A stretch of 64,000 bases of DNA from positions 31,992,001 to 32,056,000 of the forward strand of contig NC_135903.1 of NCBI RefSeq assembly GCF_964194155.1, read 5' to 3'. The notes beneath the pieces are model-generated. The model did not search any database, was not told the DNA's origin, and was given only the letters and a program-made list of their open reading frames with translations. Every line of letters begins with the position of its first letter. Positions within the stretch are counted from its first letter, which is position 1. The DNA comes from Cetorhinus maximus (lineage: Eukaryota). This document shows positions 38,387 to 50,077 of this stretch, one piece after another. The position numbers and the translations under genes are program-made.

Positions 38387-39722
38387 ACCTCGACTACAGC
38401 TCCTCACACCTCGCTTCCTGTAAGGACTCCATCCCATTCTCTCAGTTCCTTCGCCTCCATCGCATCTGTTCTGATGATGCTATCTTCAAAAACAGTTACT
38501 CTGACATGTCCTCCTTCTTCCTTAACCAAGGTTTTCCACTCACGGTCGTTGATAGGGCCCTCAACCGTGTCCTGCCCATCTTCCTCACATCCGCCCTCAT
38601 GCCTTCTCCTATCTCCCAGAAACATGATAGGGTCCCCCTTGTCCTCACTTATCACCCCACCAGCCTCCGCATTCAAAGGATCATCCTCCGCCATTTCCGC
38701 CAACTCCAGCATGATGCCACCACCAAACACATCTTCCCTTCACCCCCCTGGCAGCATTCCGTAGGGATCGTTCCCTCCAGGACACCCTGGACCACTCCTC
38801 CATCACCCCCTACTCCTCAACCCCCACCTATGGCACCTCTCCATGCCCACGCAGAAGATGCAACACCTGCCCCTTCGCTTCCTCTCTCCTCACCGTCCAA
38901 GGGCCCAAACACTTCTTTCAAGTGAAGCAGCATTTCACTTGCACTTCCCCTAACTTAGTCTACTGCATTCGTTGCTCCCAATGCGGTCTCCTCTACATTG
39001 GAGAGACCAAACATAAACTGGGCGACCGCTTTGCAGAACACCTGCGGTCTGTCCGCAAGAAAGACCTAAACCTCCCTGTCGCTTGCCATTTTAACACTCC
39101 ACCCTGCTCTCTTGCCCACATGTCAGTCCTTGGCTTGCTGCATTGTTCCAGTGAAGCCCAACGCAAACTGGAGGAACAGCACCTCATCTTCCGACTAGGC
39201 ACTTTACAGCCTTCTGGACTGAATACTGAATTCAACAACTTTAGATCTTGAACTCCCTCCTCCATCCCCACCCCCTTTCCGTTTCTTCCCCCTCCCTTTT
39301 GTTTTTTCCAATAATTTATATAGATTTTTCTTTTCCCACCTATTTCCATTATTTTTAAATCTATACCTGTAATGCCCTGTCAGTCTTTCCATCCCACCCC
39401 CACTAGAGCTGTACATTGAGTGTCCTGCCATCCATTCTTAATTAGCACATTCTCTTAGATAATGTCACCACCTTTAACACCTTTGTTCCTTTGTCTGTGA
39501 CATCTTTTGATTATCTGCTCCTATTACTGCTCGCTTGTCCCTACAACCACCCCCACCCCCCAACTTCTCTCCCCCCCACCCTAAACCAGCTTATATTTCA
39601 CCCCTTTCCTAATTTTACTCAGTTCTGTTGAAGGGTCACGAGGACTCGAAACGTCAACTCTTTTCTTCTCCGCCGATGCTGCCAGACCTGCTGAGTTTTT
39701 CCAGGTAATTCTGTTTTTGTTT
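38387..39722 (+). mobile_element. Penelope-like retroelement (family A), 5'-truncated, open GIY-YIG endonuclease domain
   Basis: NLVYCIRCSQCGLLYIGETKHKLGDRFAEHLRSVRK...VACHFN...RKLEEQHLIFRLGTLQPSGLN; upstream RVPLVLTYHP linker and C-x4-C-x2-C; 13-bp TSD TGGCATTAATTCT at 38374-38386 and 39723-39735. Confidence 0.92.
39621..39659 (+). ncRNA. Minimal type I hammerhead ribozyme motif, probably inactive (A6U)
   Basis: AGTT-CTGTTGA-A-GGGTC-ACGAG-GACTC-GAAAC-GTC-AACT: helix I AGUU/AACU, helix II GGGUC/GACUC, GUC triplet. Confidence 0.6.
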
Positions 39723-39816
39723 TGGCATTAATTCTTATTTGTCGATCTACTGGGGTCCTAACAATAAATGCATTGTTCTCCTTTGGATAGCCAATAACAT
39801 CTTCCAGAAAGGAGTA

Positions 39817-40204
39817 CAGTAAAATTTCTATTATCTGGCATGCACAGTGAATGGATGGTGCTAGTTAATCAAAAATGCTGTCTACCTAAGAATTCCACAT
39901 GTTCAACCAATCGGAAAGCTCCTAGGTGATCTCGCGATGACGTGGGCGTTGAGGTGCTGTGAGAGGTGTGGGAGACAGTGAATCTAGTGAACGGTGCTGA
40001 GGGAACACAGTGAAAGGCTGTGGATAACTACCGGTGATTTTGACATTCCTTAGCAGTTCTGAAAGAGTGGGACTGGCAGGGATCAAGCGTCAGAGTCAGC
40101 TTCTGAGGGACGAGAGACATCTCCAGTCAAAAACAGACCCCACAGAAATTCTGGTCAGTACAGAATTCCAGTTGGTAGGGTGCCGAATAACAAAACGTTT
40201 ACTG
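39817..40204. mobile_element. Tigger/pogo-like MITE
   Basis: TA|CAGTAAAATTTCTATTATCTGGCA ... TGCCGAATAACAAAACGTTTACTG|TA: imperfect ~24-bp TIRs with TA TSD. Confidence 0.7.
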
Positions 40205-41084
40205 TACAAGGGTCCCAAGGAATACAACAATATTTCTGAGGGCTCAACCATAAATAGATTTGAAAACCACTGCAGTACATGAAGTACCTTAAATAGCTGC
40301 CAGCAATATAAAAAGCATGTGATGATGGTATGAGCATGACATATTTCAGGGCTTTAGAAGGGTTTAGTGTCCACTCTTTAAATGGGAGATATAGCTGATT
40401 GTAGAGTAAGCATGTGATGCCCCTAAAAATAAATGCAAAGTCTGGGGCAATTAATGAATTACAGTGATTTGTAGAGGGCAGTGTCAAATGGACAGTTGTT
40501 TAATTATTTGTGAATATCAAATACTTCTGAAAATTTATACATTGATCCTAGTTTTGTTAGGAAGCTAACGGTGGAGGAACAGAATGCTGAAATTGAGAAA
40601 AATTACAATTAGAGTTGACAAGAACCAACGGTAAATATTTAGGAGACAACATAAATGCAGAAGATTTGGCATTAAAATAAATGGCAGTGAGCCATGGGTT
40701 TGAGTTAAAGATTTTTGCTTTATAATCTTCTGTAACAGCTGTAGTTTTTTGAATATTGATTTAGGATTTAACAAATGAACGTTTATCACATCCTAATGTA
40801 GAACTGACAACTTTAAACATATTATAGAAAGTGTACTAGCCATAACCAATATATTTATGAGTCTAATTATTTTTGAATAGGGTAGAAATTCAAGCAATTC
40901 AACACAAGTTTGAGTTTATGATGCCAGAAATCGTGAAAAAAGACTAACCTTAAGAACTCTGGGGGTCAGCAAAAGTTGGTGGGAAAAGGCCAGTACCACA
41001 AATTACCTTCCTTCCCTTACACACTGCCTTGATCTGACTAATAATGAGCCCTTGATACATTTCTGCTTCTTGGGGTTGGGGGGG

Positions 41085-41705
41085 CTACCATTGATCAGAA
41101 ACTGAACCGGACCAGCCATATAAATACTGCGACTACAAGAGTAGGTCAGAGGCTGGGAATTCTGCAGAGAGTAACTCCTCTCCTGACTCCCCAAACATAT
41201 CCACCAGGTACAAGTCAGGAGTGTGATGGAATACTATTCACTTGCCTGGATGAGTACAGTTCCAACAACACAAGAAGCTGGACACCATCCAACACAAAAC
41301 AGCCCACTTGACTGACACCCCATCTGCCACCTTAAATATTTACTCCCCCAACCACTAACGCACAGTGGCTGCAGAGTGTACAGGATGCACTGCAGCTACA
41401 CACCAAGGCTCCTTCGACAGCACCTTGCAAACCCGTAACTTCTGCCACCTAGAAGGACAAGGGCAGCAGGTGTATTGGAACACTACCACCTGCAAGGTCC
41501 CCTCAAAGCCACCCAACATTCTGACTTGGAAATATATCACTGTTCCTTCCGTGTCGCTGGGTCAAAATCCTGGAACTCCCTTCCTAACAGCACTGTGGAT
41601 GTACCTACACCACACGGACCGCAACAGTTCAAGAAGGTAGCTCCCCACCATCTCCTAAAGAATGCTGGCCTAGCCAGCACCACCCACATCCTGTGAAAGA
41701 ATAAA
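41085..41705 (+). mobile_element. CR1 LINE 3' fragment
   Basis: Reverse complement of the 3826-4596 family; VAGSKSWNSLPNS..QFKKVAPHHLLK. Confidence 0.85.
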
Positions 41706-41732
41706 ACAAACCTAAAAACACCATGGCAAATA

Positions 41733-41948
41733 TTATAAAAATAAAAATACCTGGAAAAACTCAGCAGGTCTGACAGCATCTGCGGAGAGGAACACAATTA
41801 ACGTTTCGAGTCCATATGACTCTTCAACAAAACAGTCATACGGACTTGAAACGTTAACTGTATTCCTCTACGCAGATGCTGTCAGACCTGCTGAGTTTTT
41901 CCAGGTATTTTTATTTTGGATTTCCAGCATCCGCAGTTTTTTGCTTTT
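41733..41948. mobile_element. Fold-back mini-element of two inverted Penelope 3' ends
   Basis: ~83-bp near-perfect inverted arms (41738-41821, 41834-41917); 10-bp TSD ATGGCAAATA at 41723-41732 and 41949-41958. Confidence 0.88.
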
Positions 41949-42070
41949 ATGGCAAATAATATTACTGGGTCAGCAATTCTACAGATTGGAAGTAAATGAG
42001 AACAATCCAGTATTCTACATATCCCAGATAATATTTATTTGCAGTTAAGTGCCTTAAAGTTATACAATTA

Positions 42071-44215
42071 TTGCACGGGAATATAGCAGGAAAGACAGTG
42101 GAACAGCAATGGCAGGAGTTTCTGGGAGTAATTTGGGAGACACAGCAAAAATTCATCCCTAGGAAGAAGAAGCATACTAAAGGGAGGACGAGGCAACCAT
42201 GGCTGACAAGGGAAGTCAGGGACAGCATAAAAGCTAAAGAGAAAGCATACCATGCGGCGAAGAGCATTGGGAAACCAGGGGATTGGGAAGCCTACAAAGA
42301 CCAACAGAGGTCAACTAAAAAAGAAATAAGGAGGGAGAAGGTTAAATATGAGGGTAAACTAGCCAGTAGTATAAAAGAAGATTGCAAGAGTTTTTTTTAG
42401 ATATATAAAGGGTAAGAGAGAGGCAAAAGTGGACATTGGGCCGCTGGAAAATGATGCTGGAGAAGTAGTAGTGGGGAACAAAGAAATGGCGGAGGAACTG
42501 AATAGGTACTTTGCGTCAGTCTTCACAGTGGAAGACACGAGTGACATCCCCAAAGTTCAAGAGAGTCAGGGGGCAGAGGTGAGTATGGTGGCCATTACCA
42601 AGGAGAAGGTGCTAGGAAAACTGAAAGATCTGAAAGTGGATAAATCACCTGGACCAGATGGATTACACCCCAGAATTCTGAAGGAGATAGCTGAAGAGAT
42701 AGTGGAGGCGTTAGTGGTAATCTTTCAGGAATCACTGGAGTCAGGGAGGGTCCCAGAGGACTGGAAAATCGCTAATGTAACCCCCCTGTTTAAGAAGGGA
42801 GTGAGGCAAAAGACGGGAAATTACAGGCCGATCAGCCTGACGTCAGTCGTTGGTAAGATTTTAGAGTCCATTATTAAGGATGAGATTTCAGAATACTTGG
42901 AAGTGCATGGTAAAATCGGGCAAAGTCAGCATGGTTTCATCAAGGGGAGGTCATGCCCGACAAATCTGTTAGAATTCTTTGAGGAGGTAATGAGTAGGTT
43001 AGACAAAGGAGAGCCAATGGATGTTACCTACTTGGACTTCCAGAAGGCCTTTGACAAGGTGCCGCACAGGAGGCTGCTCAGTAAGATAAGAGCCAGCCCA
43101 TGGTGTTAGAGGCAAGGTACTAGCATAGATAGAAGATTGGCTGTCTGGCAGGAGGCAGAGAGTGGGGATAAGGGGGTCCTTCTCAGGATGGCGGCCGGTG
43201 ACTAGTGGAGTTCCGCAGGGGTCAGTGTTGGGACCACAACTTTTCACTTTATACATTAATGATCTAGATGAAGGAACTGATGGCATCCTGGCTAAGTTTG
43301 CAGATGACACAAAGATAGGTGGAGGGACAGGTAGTATTGAGGAGGCGGGGCGGCTGCAGAAGGATTTGGACAGGTTAGGAGAATGAGCAAAGAAGTGGCA
43401 GATGGAATACAACGTAGGGAAGTGTAAGGTCATGCACTTTGGTAGGAAGAATAGAGACATGGACTATTTCCTAAATGGGGAGAGAATTCAGAAATCTGGA
43501 GTGCAAAGGGACTTGGGAGTCCTAGCCCAGGATTCTCTTAAGGTTAACTAGCAGGTTGAGTCGGTAGTTAGGAAGGCAAATGCAATGTTGGCATTTATTT
43601 TGAGAGGACTAGAATATAAAAGCAGGGATGTGCTGCTGAGGCTTTATAAGGCACTGGTCAGACCACATTTAGAATATAGTGAGCAATTTTGGGCCCTGTA
43701 TCTCAGGAAAGATGTGCTGGCCCCGGAGAGGGTCCAGAGGAGGTTCATGAGAATGATCCCAGGAACGAAAGGCTTAACATAAGAGGAACGTTTGAGGACT
43801 CTGGGTCTATACTCGATGGAGTTTAGAAGGATGAGGGGGGATCTGATTGAAACTTACAGAATACTGAAAGGCCTGGATAGAGTGAACGTGGGGAAGATGT
43901 TTCCATTAGTAGGAGAGACTAGGACTCAAGGGCACAGCCTCAGAGTAAAGGGAAGACCTTTTAGAACAGAGATGAGGAGAAACTTCTTTAGCCAGAGGGT
44001 GGTGAATCTATGGAATTCATTGCCACAGAAGGCTGTGGAGGCCAGGTCATTGAGTGTATTTAAGACCGAGATAGATAGGTTCTTGATTGGTTAGGGGATC
44101 AAATGTTACGGGGAGAAGGTGGGAGAATGGGGTTGAGAAACTTATCAGCCATGATTGAAGGGTGGAGCAGACTCGATAGGCTGATTGGCCTAATTTCTGC
44201 TCCCATGTCTTATGG
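42071..44215 (+). mobile_element. Relatively young 5'-truncated CR1 LINE (RT domain, few disablements)
   Basis: ORFs 42071-44094: [62 protein letters not shown]; possible AATTA TSD (42066-42070, 44216-44220). Confidence 0.93.
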
Positions 44216-45260
44216 AATTACGGCATAGAAACAGGCCATGCAACTGGTCTGTTAGTTTTTATGCTCCACAGAAGCCTCCTTCTGGCCCTACTTTATCTAA
44301 CACCTTCAGCATTTCCTTCTATTCTTTTCTGCTATTCGTAACTACTCCATGCAGCAACAATTTCCATATATGATCATCCTCTGGATAAACAAGTTTCTCC
44401 TGAATTCCTTACTAGATTTATTAGTGACTACCTTGTCCCCTAGCTTCGGACTCCCCAAGTGCCTTATAAACCTTCATCCTTAACTTATCCCCTTGGCTTG
44501 CCTCATTCTACATTGTGCACCTGCTCAACACCTTGCCATCTTCACTGTTGCAAATCTTAGCTCTGAAATAACTGGTAGCAGAATCATTAACCACCATATC
44601 CCTGCATTTCCTAAACTCGTACATCATGGTTCATAACTCTATAAGAGACAAGCTTGGGCAAAATGCCTGCAGAAGTCAATTCCATCTCAGCAAGAAGTCA
44701 AAACTTAGGTTCCCCGAGAGCCTGGAAAATGAATGCCTGCAACAGCTTACAGCTGATTTAACACACCTTATATGAGAGTGAGTTCTGACAACAGGAATGG
44801 GGAGTTTGGGGAGAAAGAGATGGGAGTTTACTGGAGGCATTGCTGAAGAGTTATTTTGAGACTCCTGAAAGAGGGGAGATGGAGTAAATGTGAGGAAGAT
44901 AATAGTTTCAATTGTGCCATCACTATTATGAGCAAAAAAATGAAGCATATCCCATTTTAATGAAATCCCCCCCCCCAAACAAGATGAAATGTTTTAAGAT
45001 GACAAACAAAACTGCCATACATTTAAAAAGCCTGTGCCTCCTAAAGTGCCAGATTAGTGCCACAAACAGGTGCCTCTAGGGTGACAAAAAGTAGGTTCAG
45101 TGGGGGCGGGGGGGGTGGATAACAAACCATATGTGTTTGCTATTCCCAGTGTTGTTATTCTAGGTCAATAAATAAAGCCAGAAGGATAATGTCTGGACTA
45201 AAAACAGAAAACGCTGGAAAAACTCAGCAGGTCTGACCGCATCTGTGGAGAGAGAAAGAG

Positions 45261-45299
45261 AGTTAACGTTTCGAGTCTACATGGCCCTTCTTCAGAACC
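45261..45299 (-). ncRNA. Minimal type I hammerhead ribozyme motif with intact core, in a Penelope 3'-end fragment (45199-45299)
   Basis: Minus strand reads GGTT-CTGAAGA-A-GGGCC-ATGTA-GACTC-GAAAC-GTT-AACT; palindromic AACGTT at helix III; one mismatch in helix II. Confidence 0.62.
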
Positions 45300-45350
45300 A
45301 AAGAGATGCTAACGTCTGGGCTGGGAGCAAACCCACATGTAGCTGCAGGC

Positions 45351-45550
45351 NNNNNNNNNNNNNNNNNNNNNNNNNNNNNNNNNNNNNNNNNNNNNNNNNN
45401 NNNNNNNNNNNNNNNNNNNNNNNNNNNNNNNNNNNNNNNNNNNNNNNNNNNNNNNNNNNNNNNNNNNNNNNNNNNNNNNNNNNNNNNNNNNNNNNNNNNN
45501 NNNNNNNNNNNNNNNNNNNNNNNNNNNNNNNNNNNNNNNNNNNNNNNNNN
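45351..45550. other. Assembly gap (200 N), probably covering PSME3 exon 1, the BECN1 5' exon and the shared promoter
   Basis: Run of Ns between the divergent genes; no MASLLKV-like PSME3 exon 1 found in 36902-45350. Confidence 0.85.
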
Positions 45551-46757
45551 GCCGCAGGCACCTTCCCCCCTTGACTGGACTGCACAGGAAACAAGGTCTT
45601 ACCACTGTCTCCCTCTCAACGTTTGCTTTGTTTCCCACCGCATGTTATGCTCAGTGTTTTCATGAGGCAGCAGATCAATAGGCTTCAGCCTTTCTCCCCG
45701 CCCTGGGAATAGCAGCTTTATTGTCTTTTACGGAGGGGAGGGAAATCAGTCAGTGTTCCAGGTTGAGGAAACAAAACGCTGACAGTATCTGAAAGGTTAA
45801 TGTTTCAGTGGGATCTTTGATTAGATAAGGAGATGGGAGAACGTGTAACTAAGTTGACAACATCAAAATTTACTGATGACTAAGCCGGCATTTTCAGAAT
45901 TTTATGTTTGTATAATTTTTAAAGTTCCAGTAATTATGATTTTTTTTTTAACCTCTTAAATAATGGGGATGTAAGGTTGAGGAGCTGTATCTTTTTCTTG
46001 AAGGCACTTTGAAGTCACTAGCAGTAATGTTGACTTTAATAGATTCTGACCAAAACTGTAGCTGCCATTTACTCTCCATCATCAGAAATTTTTGGTGGCA
46101 TGGGATATTTGTGAGTGTTTTGTGGGTGGGAAGGGATGGCGATCTTCTGTTGGAACATCATGCTGGCTGGTAGGTCTAGATTATGCTCTTCATACCAGTT
46201 TATCATACTGTTTCTGTCTGCTTTAATCCCTACCTAACTCACATGCTCTCTACGTCTTAAAAATGCCCTGTATTTCCCTCGTTATGTCTCCTATTATCTC
46301 ATGTTGACATCACTTCAGTCATTGAACCGTCTTCTGTTTTCCATTTAAGCTGATTATAGGTCATTTTACTTTGTGTATGCACATGATTTATTCACCTTTT
46401 TCCCTTTGCTTTGTTCGTTTTTAGATGCTGTGTAGATCTCAGATCTGATGATGCATCTAGGATCAAATTGTTAACTTATTCTCTGCACAAATACTGACTT
46501 GACCTGTTTAGTGCCTCCAGCATTTTCTTTTTGTTTCATATAGACAGCCTCTGTAATTTTTTCCTTTGTGTTTTCATGCTTAATCAGTAGTGTTGATTGT
46601 AATTAGGGAGAATTCATGTAGAACCTTCCCATAGTTTAGTTAGACAGGGAGAGTCCATGATGGGCAAATTTATATCTGGTCTGTAGTAGGGATGGTGTTG
46701 GTGGGCCAAAACATTATATATTATTCCATGCTTTCTCACCTTTGTTCTTGTATAGAT

Positions 46758-46884
46758 ATGGAGGGGTCAAAGTCTTCAAGCTCCACCATGCAAGTAAGCT
46801 TTGTGTGCCAGCGCTGTAGTCAACCCCTAAAGCTGGATACATCCTTCAATGTCTTGGATAGAGTGACAATTCAGGAACTTACAG
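46758..46884 (+). CDS. BECN1: BECN1 coding exon 1
   Basis: Acceptor TAG ends at 46755, ATG at 46758: [42 protein letters not shown](A)|GTATGC. Confidence 0.97.
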
Positions 46885-46919
46885 GTATGCAGTTGTAATA
46901 ACTACTGTTTCATTATTAT

Positions 46920-47345
46920 TAGCTGTGGCTTAATTGGCTGCACTCTTGCCTCAGCAGGTTGTGGATTCAAGTTGCACTCCAGAGACTTGAGTAGAAAATC
47001 TGACTGACACTCCGATGCAGTAACGAGAGTGTGCTGTACTATTAGAGGTGCTGTTTTTTGGATGAGACGTTAAACCATTGCTCCATTTACAAAAGATCCC
47101 ATGAAATTATTTGGAAGAAGTGTACAGGAGTTCACTCCGACGTTCTTTTCAATATTTATCTCTCAAATCAAAATCCTAAAAACAGATTATCTGGTGATGA
47201 TCACATTGCTGTGCTGTGTGAAAAATGTCTGCTGTGTTTCTTACATGACAAGAGTGACTACAATTCAAAAGTACTTTATTGGCTGTAAAGTGCTTTCAGA
47301 TGTCCGGTGGTGAAAGGTGCTATATATATGCAAATCTTTCTTTAT
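46920..47345 (+). mobile_element. Near full-length Deu-domain SINE (SacSINE1-like)
   Basis: tRNA-like head (TGGCTTAATTGG A box, GGATTCAAGT B box), Deu core GATGAGACGTTAAACC..AAAGATCCCATG, tail TATATATGCAAATCTTTCTTT. Confidence 0.75.
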
Positions 47346-49079
47346 TATTGACAATATTAGTTAAGAGCTTAATTTTTGCTCCAGTAAGTTGGAATTAATA
47401 GGACAATAGTGCCCCACAAATGTAAAATTATGCACCATCTTTTTTCAAATAATTTTATTTGCCTTGCAGCCAGTGTCATTCTTTTAAACTTGCTTATATC
47501 TAAACAAAAAGTTGCCTGACTAAACTTGATCAAATTTAACAATACTCAACAGTCTGTTCAAAATGTTGTTTTATTTCTGTAATATACTGATAGGTCAGCC
47601 ACCTCATTGCTCACGGGAAGTTGTAGGATATATCGATGTCTAACTTGTCCATGTTGCTGGTAGTATTTTTGTGCACTGACATTGTGTCTGTTTTTTCTTT
47701 ATGTTGATTGGGTGAGACAAAGTGTGAATAGAGTTGAACTGAAACTGAAGGCTTGCAATAGAAAGGAAATTCAGAAAGGCTATGGTAGTGTAGCTCAGGA
47801 GTAGTGGGATGTTGTGGATAGAGCCTGAGACCATAGACGTGCAGTGGTAGTAGTCGGAATGCCAGGAATGAGCAGAAAGGTTATGTTGTGATAGGACCTG
47901 AGTATAGTTAGGAGGGGGAGCAAGGCATTTATAGCAAGTGTGGAGGAGGTGCCAGACTGCAATGGGAAAGCATAGGGTGCAGCAATGATGGGTTAACCTT
48001 TGGATGTTGGCATATTGGGGGAAATGTTTTCTGGTTGTGAGACTACTAGGAGATGGGAACAATGGGAGAGAGGAGAGGGCTATGGGATCTAGTAATCCTT
48101 CCTAAATTCATCCCACACTCTTGTTTCTTTCCACCACCAGCTTTTGTGAGTTTCCAGCCTTGAATTGGGAAGACTATTTAAAATACTAGCCTAAATAATT
48201 CTATGCACTTGGTAACAACAACCAACTTATATAGTACTTTAAAAAAACTGTCTCAAGGCACTTGATGAGCCAAGGGGGATATTAGTGACAAAAGGTGGGT
48301 TTGGAGGCAAGGAGGAAGATGCAGGGGTTCAGAAAGGGAATTCTAGAGTCTAGGGCCTAGTGACTGAAACAATGGTGGGAGAAGGGAAATAGGGAGAACT
48401 GAGAAGGCTACAAAGCTGAGGACATTGAGCCTATGGAGAGATTTAAACACAGGATGAGAATTTTAATTTGGAGGTGTTGAGTCCAGACACTGCCCACCAA
48501 GGTAGGATGATGGGTGAACAAGGCCTTGTATGGGATAGAATACAGAGAATGCTATTTAGGACTGGACTTTGGCAAAGCGAGCATTGAAATAATCAAGTAT
48601 GGAGTTGAGAAAAGCATGGCTGAGGATTTCAGAGATAGGCTGACATATGAGCAGATGGTACTGTGCTGAACAGTGCCAGCCAGCTTTGAGACAGAACTGG
48701 GAGTTTTGAATCAGAGGTAAAGGTAATAAATAGATATGTTTAATATGTGTGACAGAGCAGCACGCTAGAATTAGCATTACACAAAGTGTTCTGTACAAGT
48801 TTCACAATATACCAGCTCAATGAACTGCTCTACTGAAGCACGAGTCATGACCATAGCAACACTACCTTGAGATAGATGGTTCTTAGATAGTTGCTCAGCT
48901 TTATGCAAGATTTTTAGTATATGATGTCTCCCTTTATTCCTCCTTCCAATGTATTCTAATTAACCAAGTACTAGATGATATTATATGGATCATCAAAACT
49001 TATCACTTCCATAGGGAAATCAAAAAATGTTTAAAAACATTAAAAGACCAGATAAGGCAAAAGTTTTGTTTTTTTTCAG

Positions 49080-49147
49080 CTCCTTTAGTTACAGTTACTC
49101 CTGTAAAACCAGAAGAAGGCAGGGTGGAGAACAGCAGCTTACCAGAG
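49080..49147 (+). CDS. BECN1: BECN1 coding exon 2
   Basis: CAG|(A)PLVTVTPVKPEEGRVENSSLPE|GTAAGA, 68 nt; phases fit. Confidence 0.92.
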
Positions 49148-49544
49148 GTAAGAACTGAGCTAGATAACTATAAATAAATTTCATAATACAAGTATTTAAT
49201 TTTATTCACTGTGCACCCAGCTTTTATTTAATTGTTAAATATTCTGGTATGTTGTGTGTTGTTGATGTATGCTGAATGCTTCATGTTCTGGGATTGTGCC
49301 ATTTATAGGATGCATTGGGAACCTCATTGCCTGGGTGTAGTAGTGCTTTGCAGCTGCTTTATGATGCAACCAGAAATAGTAAGTTTCCATTGCACTTTCC
49401 AAGTAGATCCAGTTTTTTTTTTGTAGAATTGGTACTCCTAGGGGAGGGATTTGCTTCAAATTCAAGTTAGGGAGCAGCTGGAAAAATGTAAAAAGTTCAA
49501 AATAACTGCAGCTTAAGTAGCATTCTCAGTTTTGCCCAATAGAA

Positions 49545-49850
49545 CAGCAGAATGAAGGAGTGCTGTGTTGTCGGAGGTGTCATTAAAAGTGGCAACTGAA
49601 TGTCAAAGATCCCATGACACTGTCAGGAGAAGAACAGGGGACTCTTTCAGTAATCTGGACTATGTTTCTCCCTCTACTAATGCCACCAGAACAAATTAAT
49701 GAGTCATTCATCCAGTTGTATTTTGTGGGATCTCAATTTGTGTAAAGTGGTTCAGCTACATGACAATAACTGTATTTCAAAGTAGTTCATCAGGTGAAGT
49801 GCTGAGGGATGTTTCAGAATTGTGATAAGGAGCTATGTAAATAGTTATTT
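49545..49850 (+). mobile_element. Deu-domain SINE fragment
   Basis: GTGCTGTGTTGTCGGAGGTG..AAAGATCCCATGACACT..GAAGAACAGGG core. Confidence 0.65.
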
Positions 49851-50018
49851 TCTCATCAACAATTTTTAGGGTATTATTTTAGTGCCCTTTTTTCTATAAG
49901 TACCTCATTTCATGTCAGTTCCACAAAATATTATTTCTGTTTTTAAAAAAATATGGTTGCACAAAACATGCAACAGTTAATTTTCATTTTGATTTAATTG
50001 AAGATGCTTTATTTTCAG

Positions 50019-50077
50019 GAAACTTGTTTGGAAAACAGGCCAGATGGTGTGTCAAGAAAATACATTCCGCCTGCTCG
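50019..50077 (+). CDS. BECN1: BECN1 coding exon 3
   Basis: CAG|ETCLENRPDGVSRKYIPPA(R)|GTAAGG, 59 nt. Confidence 0.95.

Noticed and set aside
45245-45665. ORFs spanning the N run
   Set aside because: Artefacts of translating the gap.
46920-46990. tRNA gene
   Set aside because: Degenerate A/B boxes are the head of a SINE; no cloverleaf.
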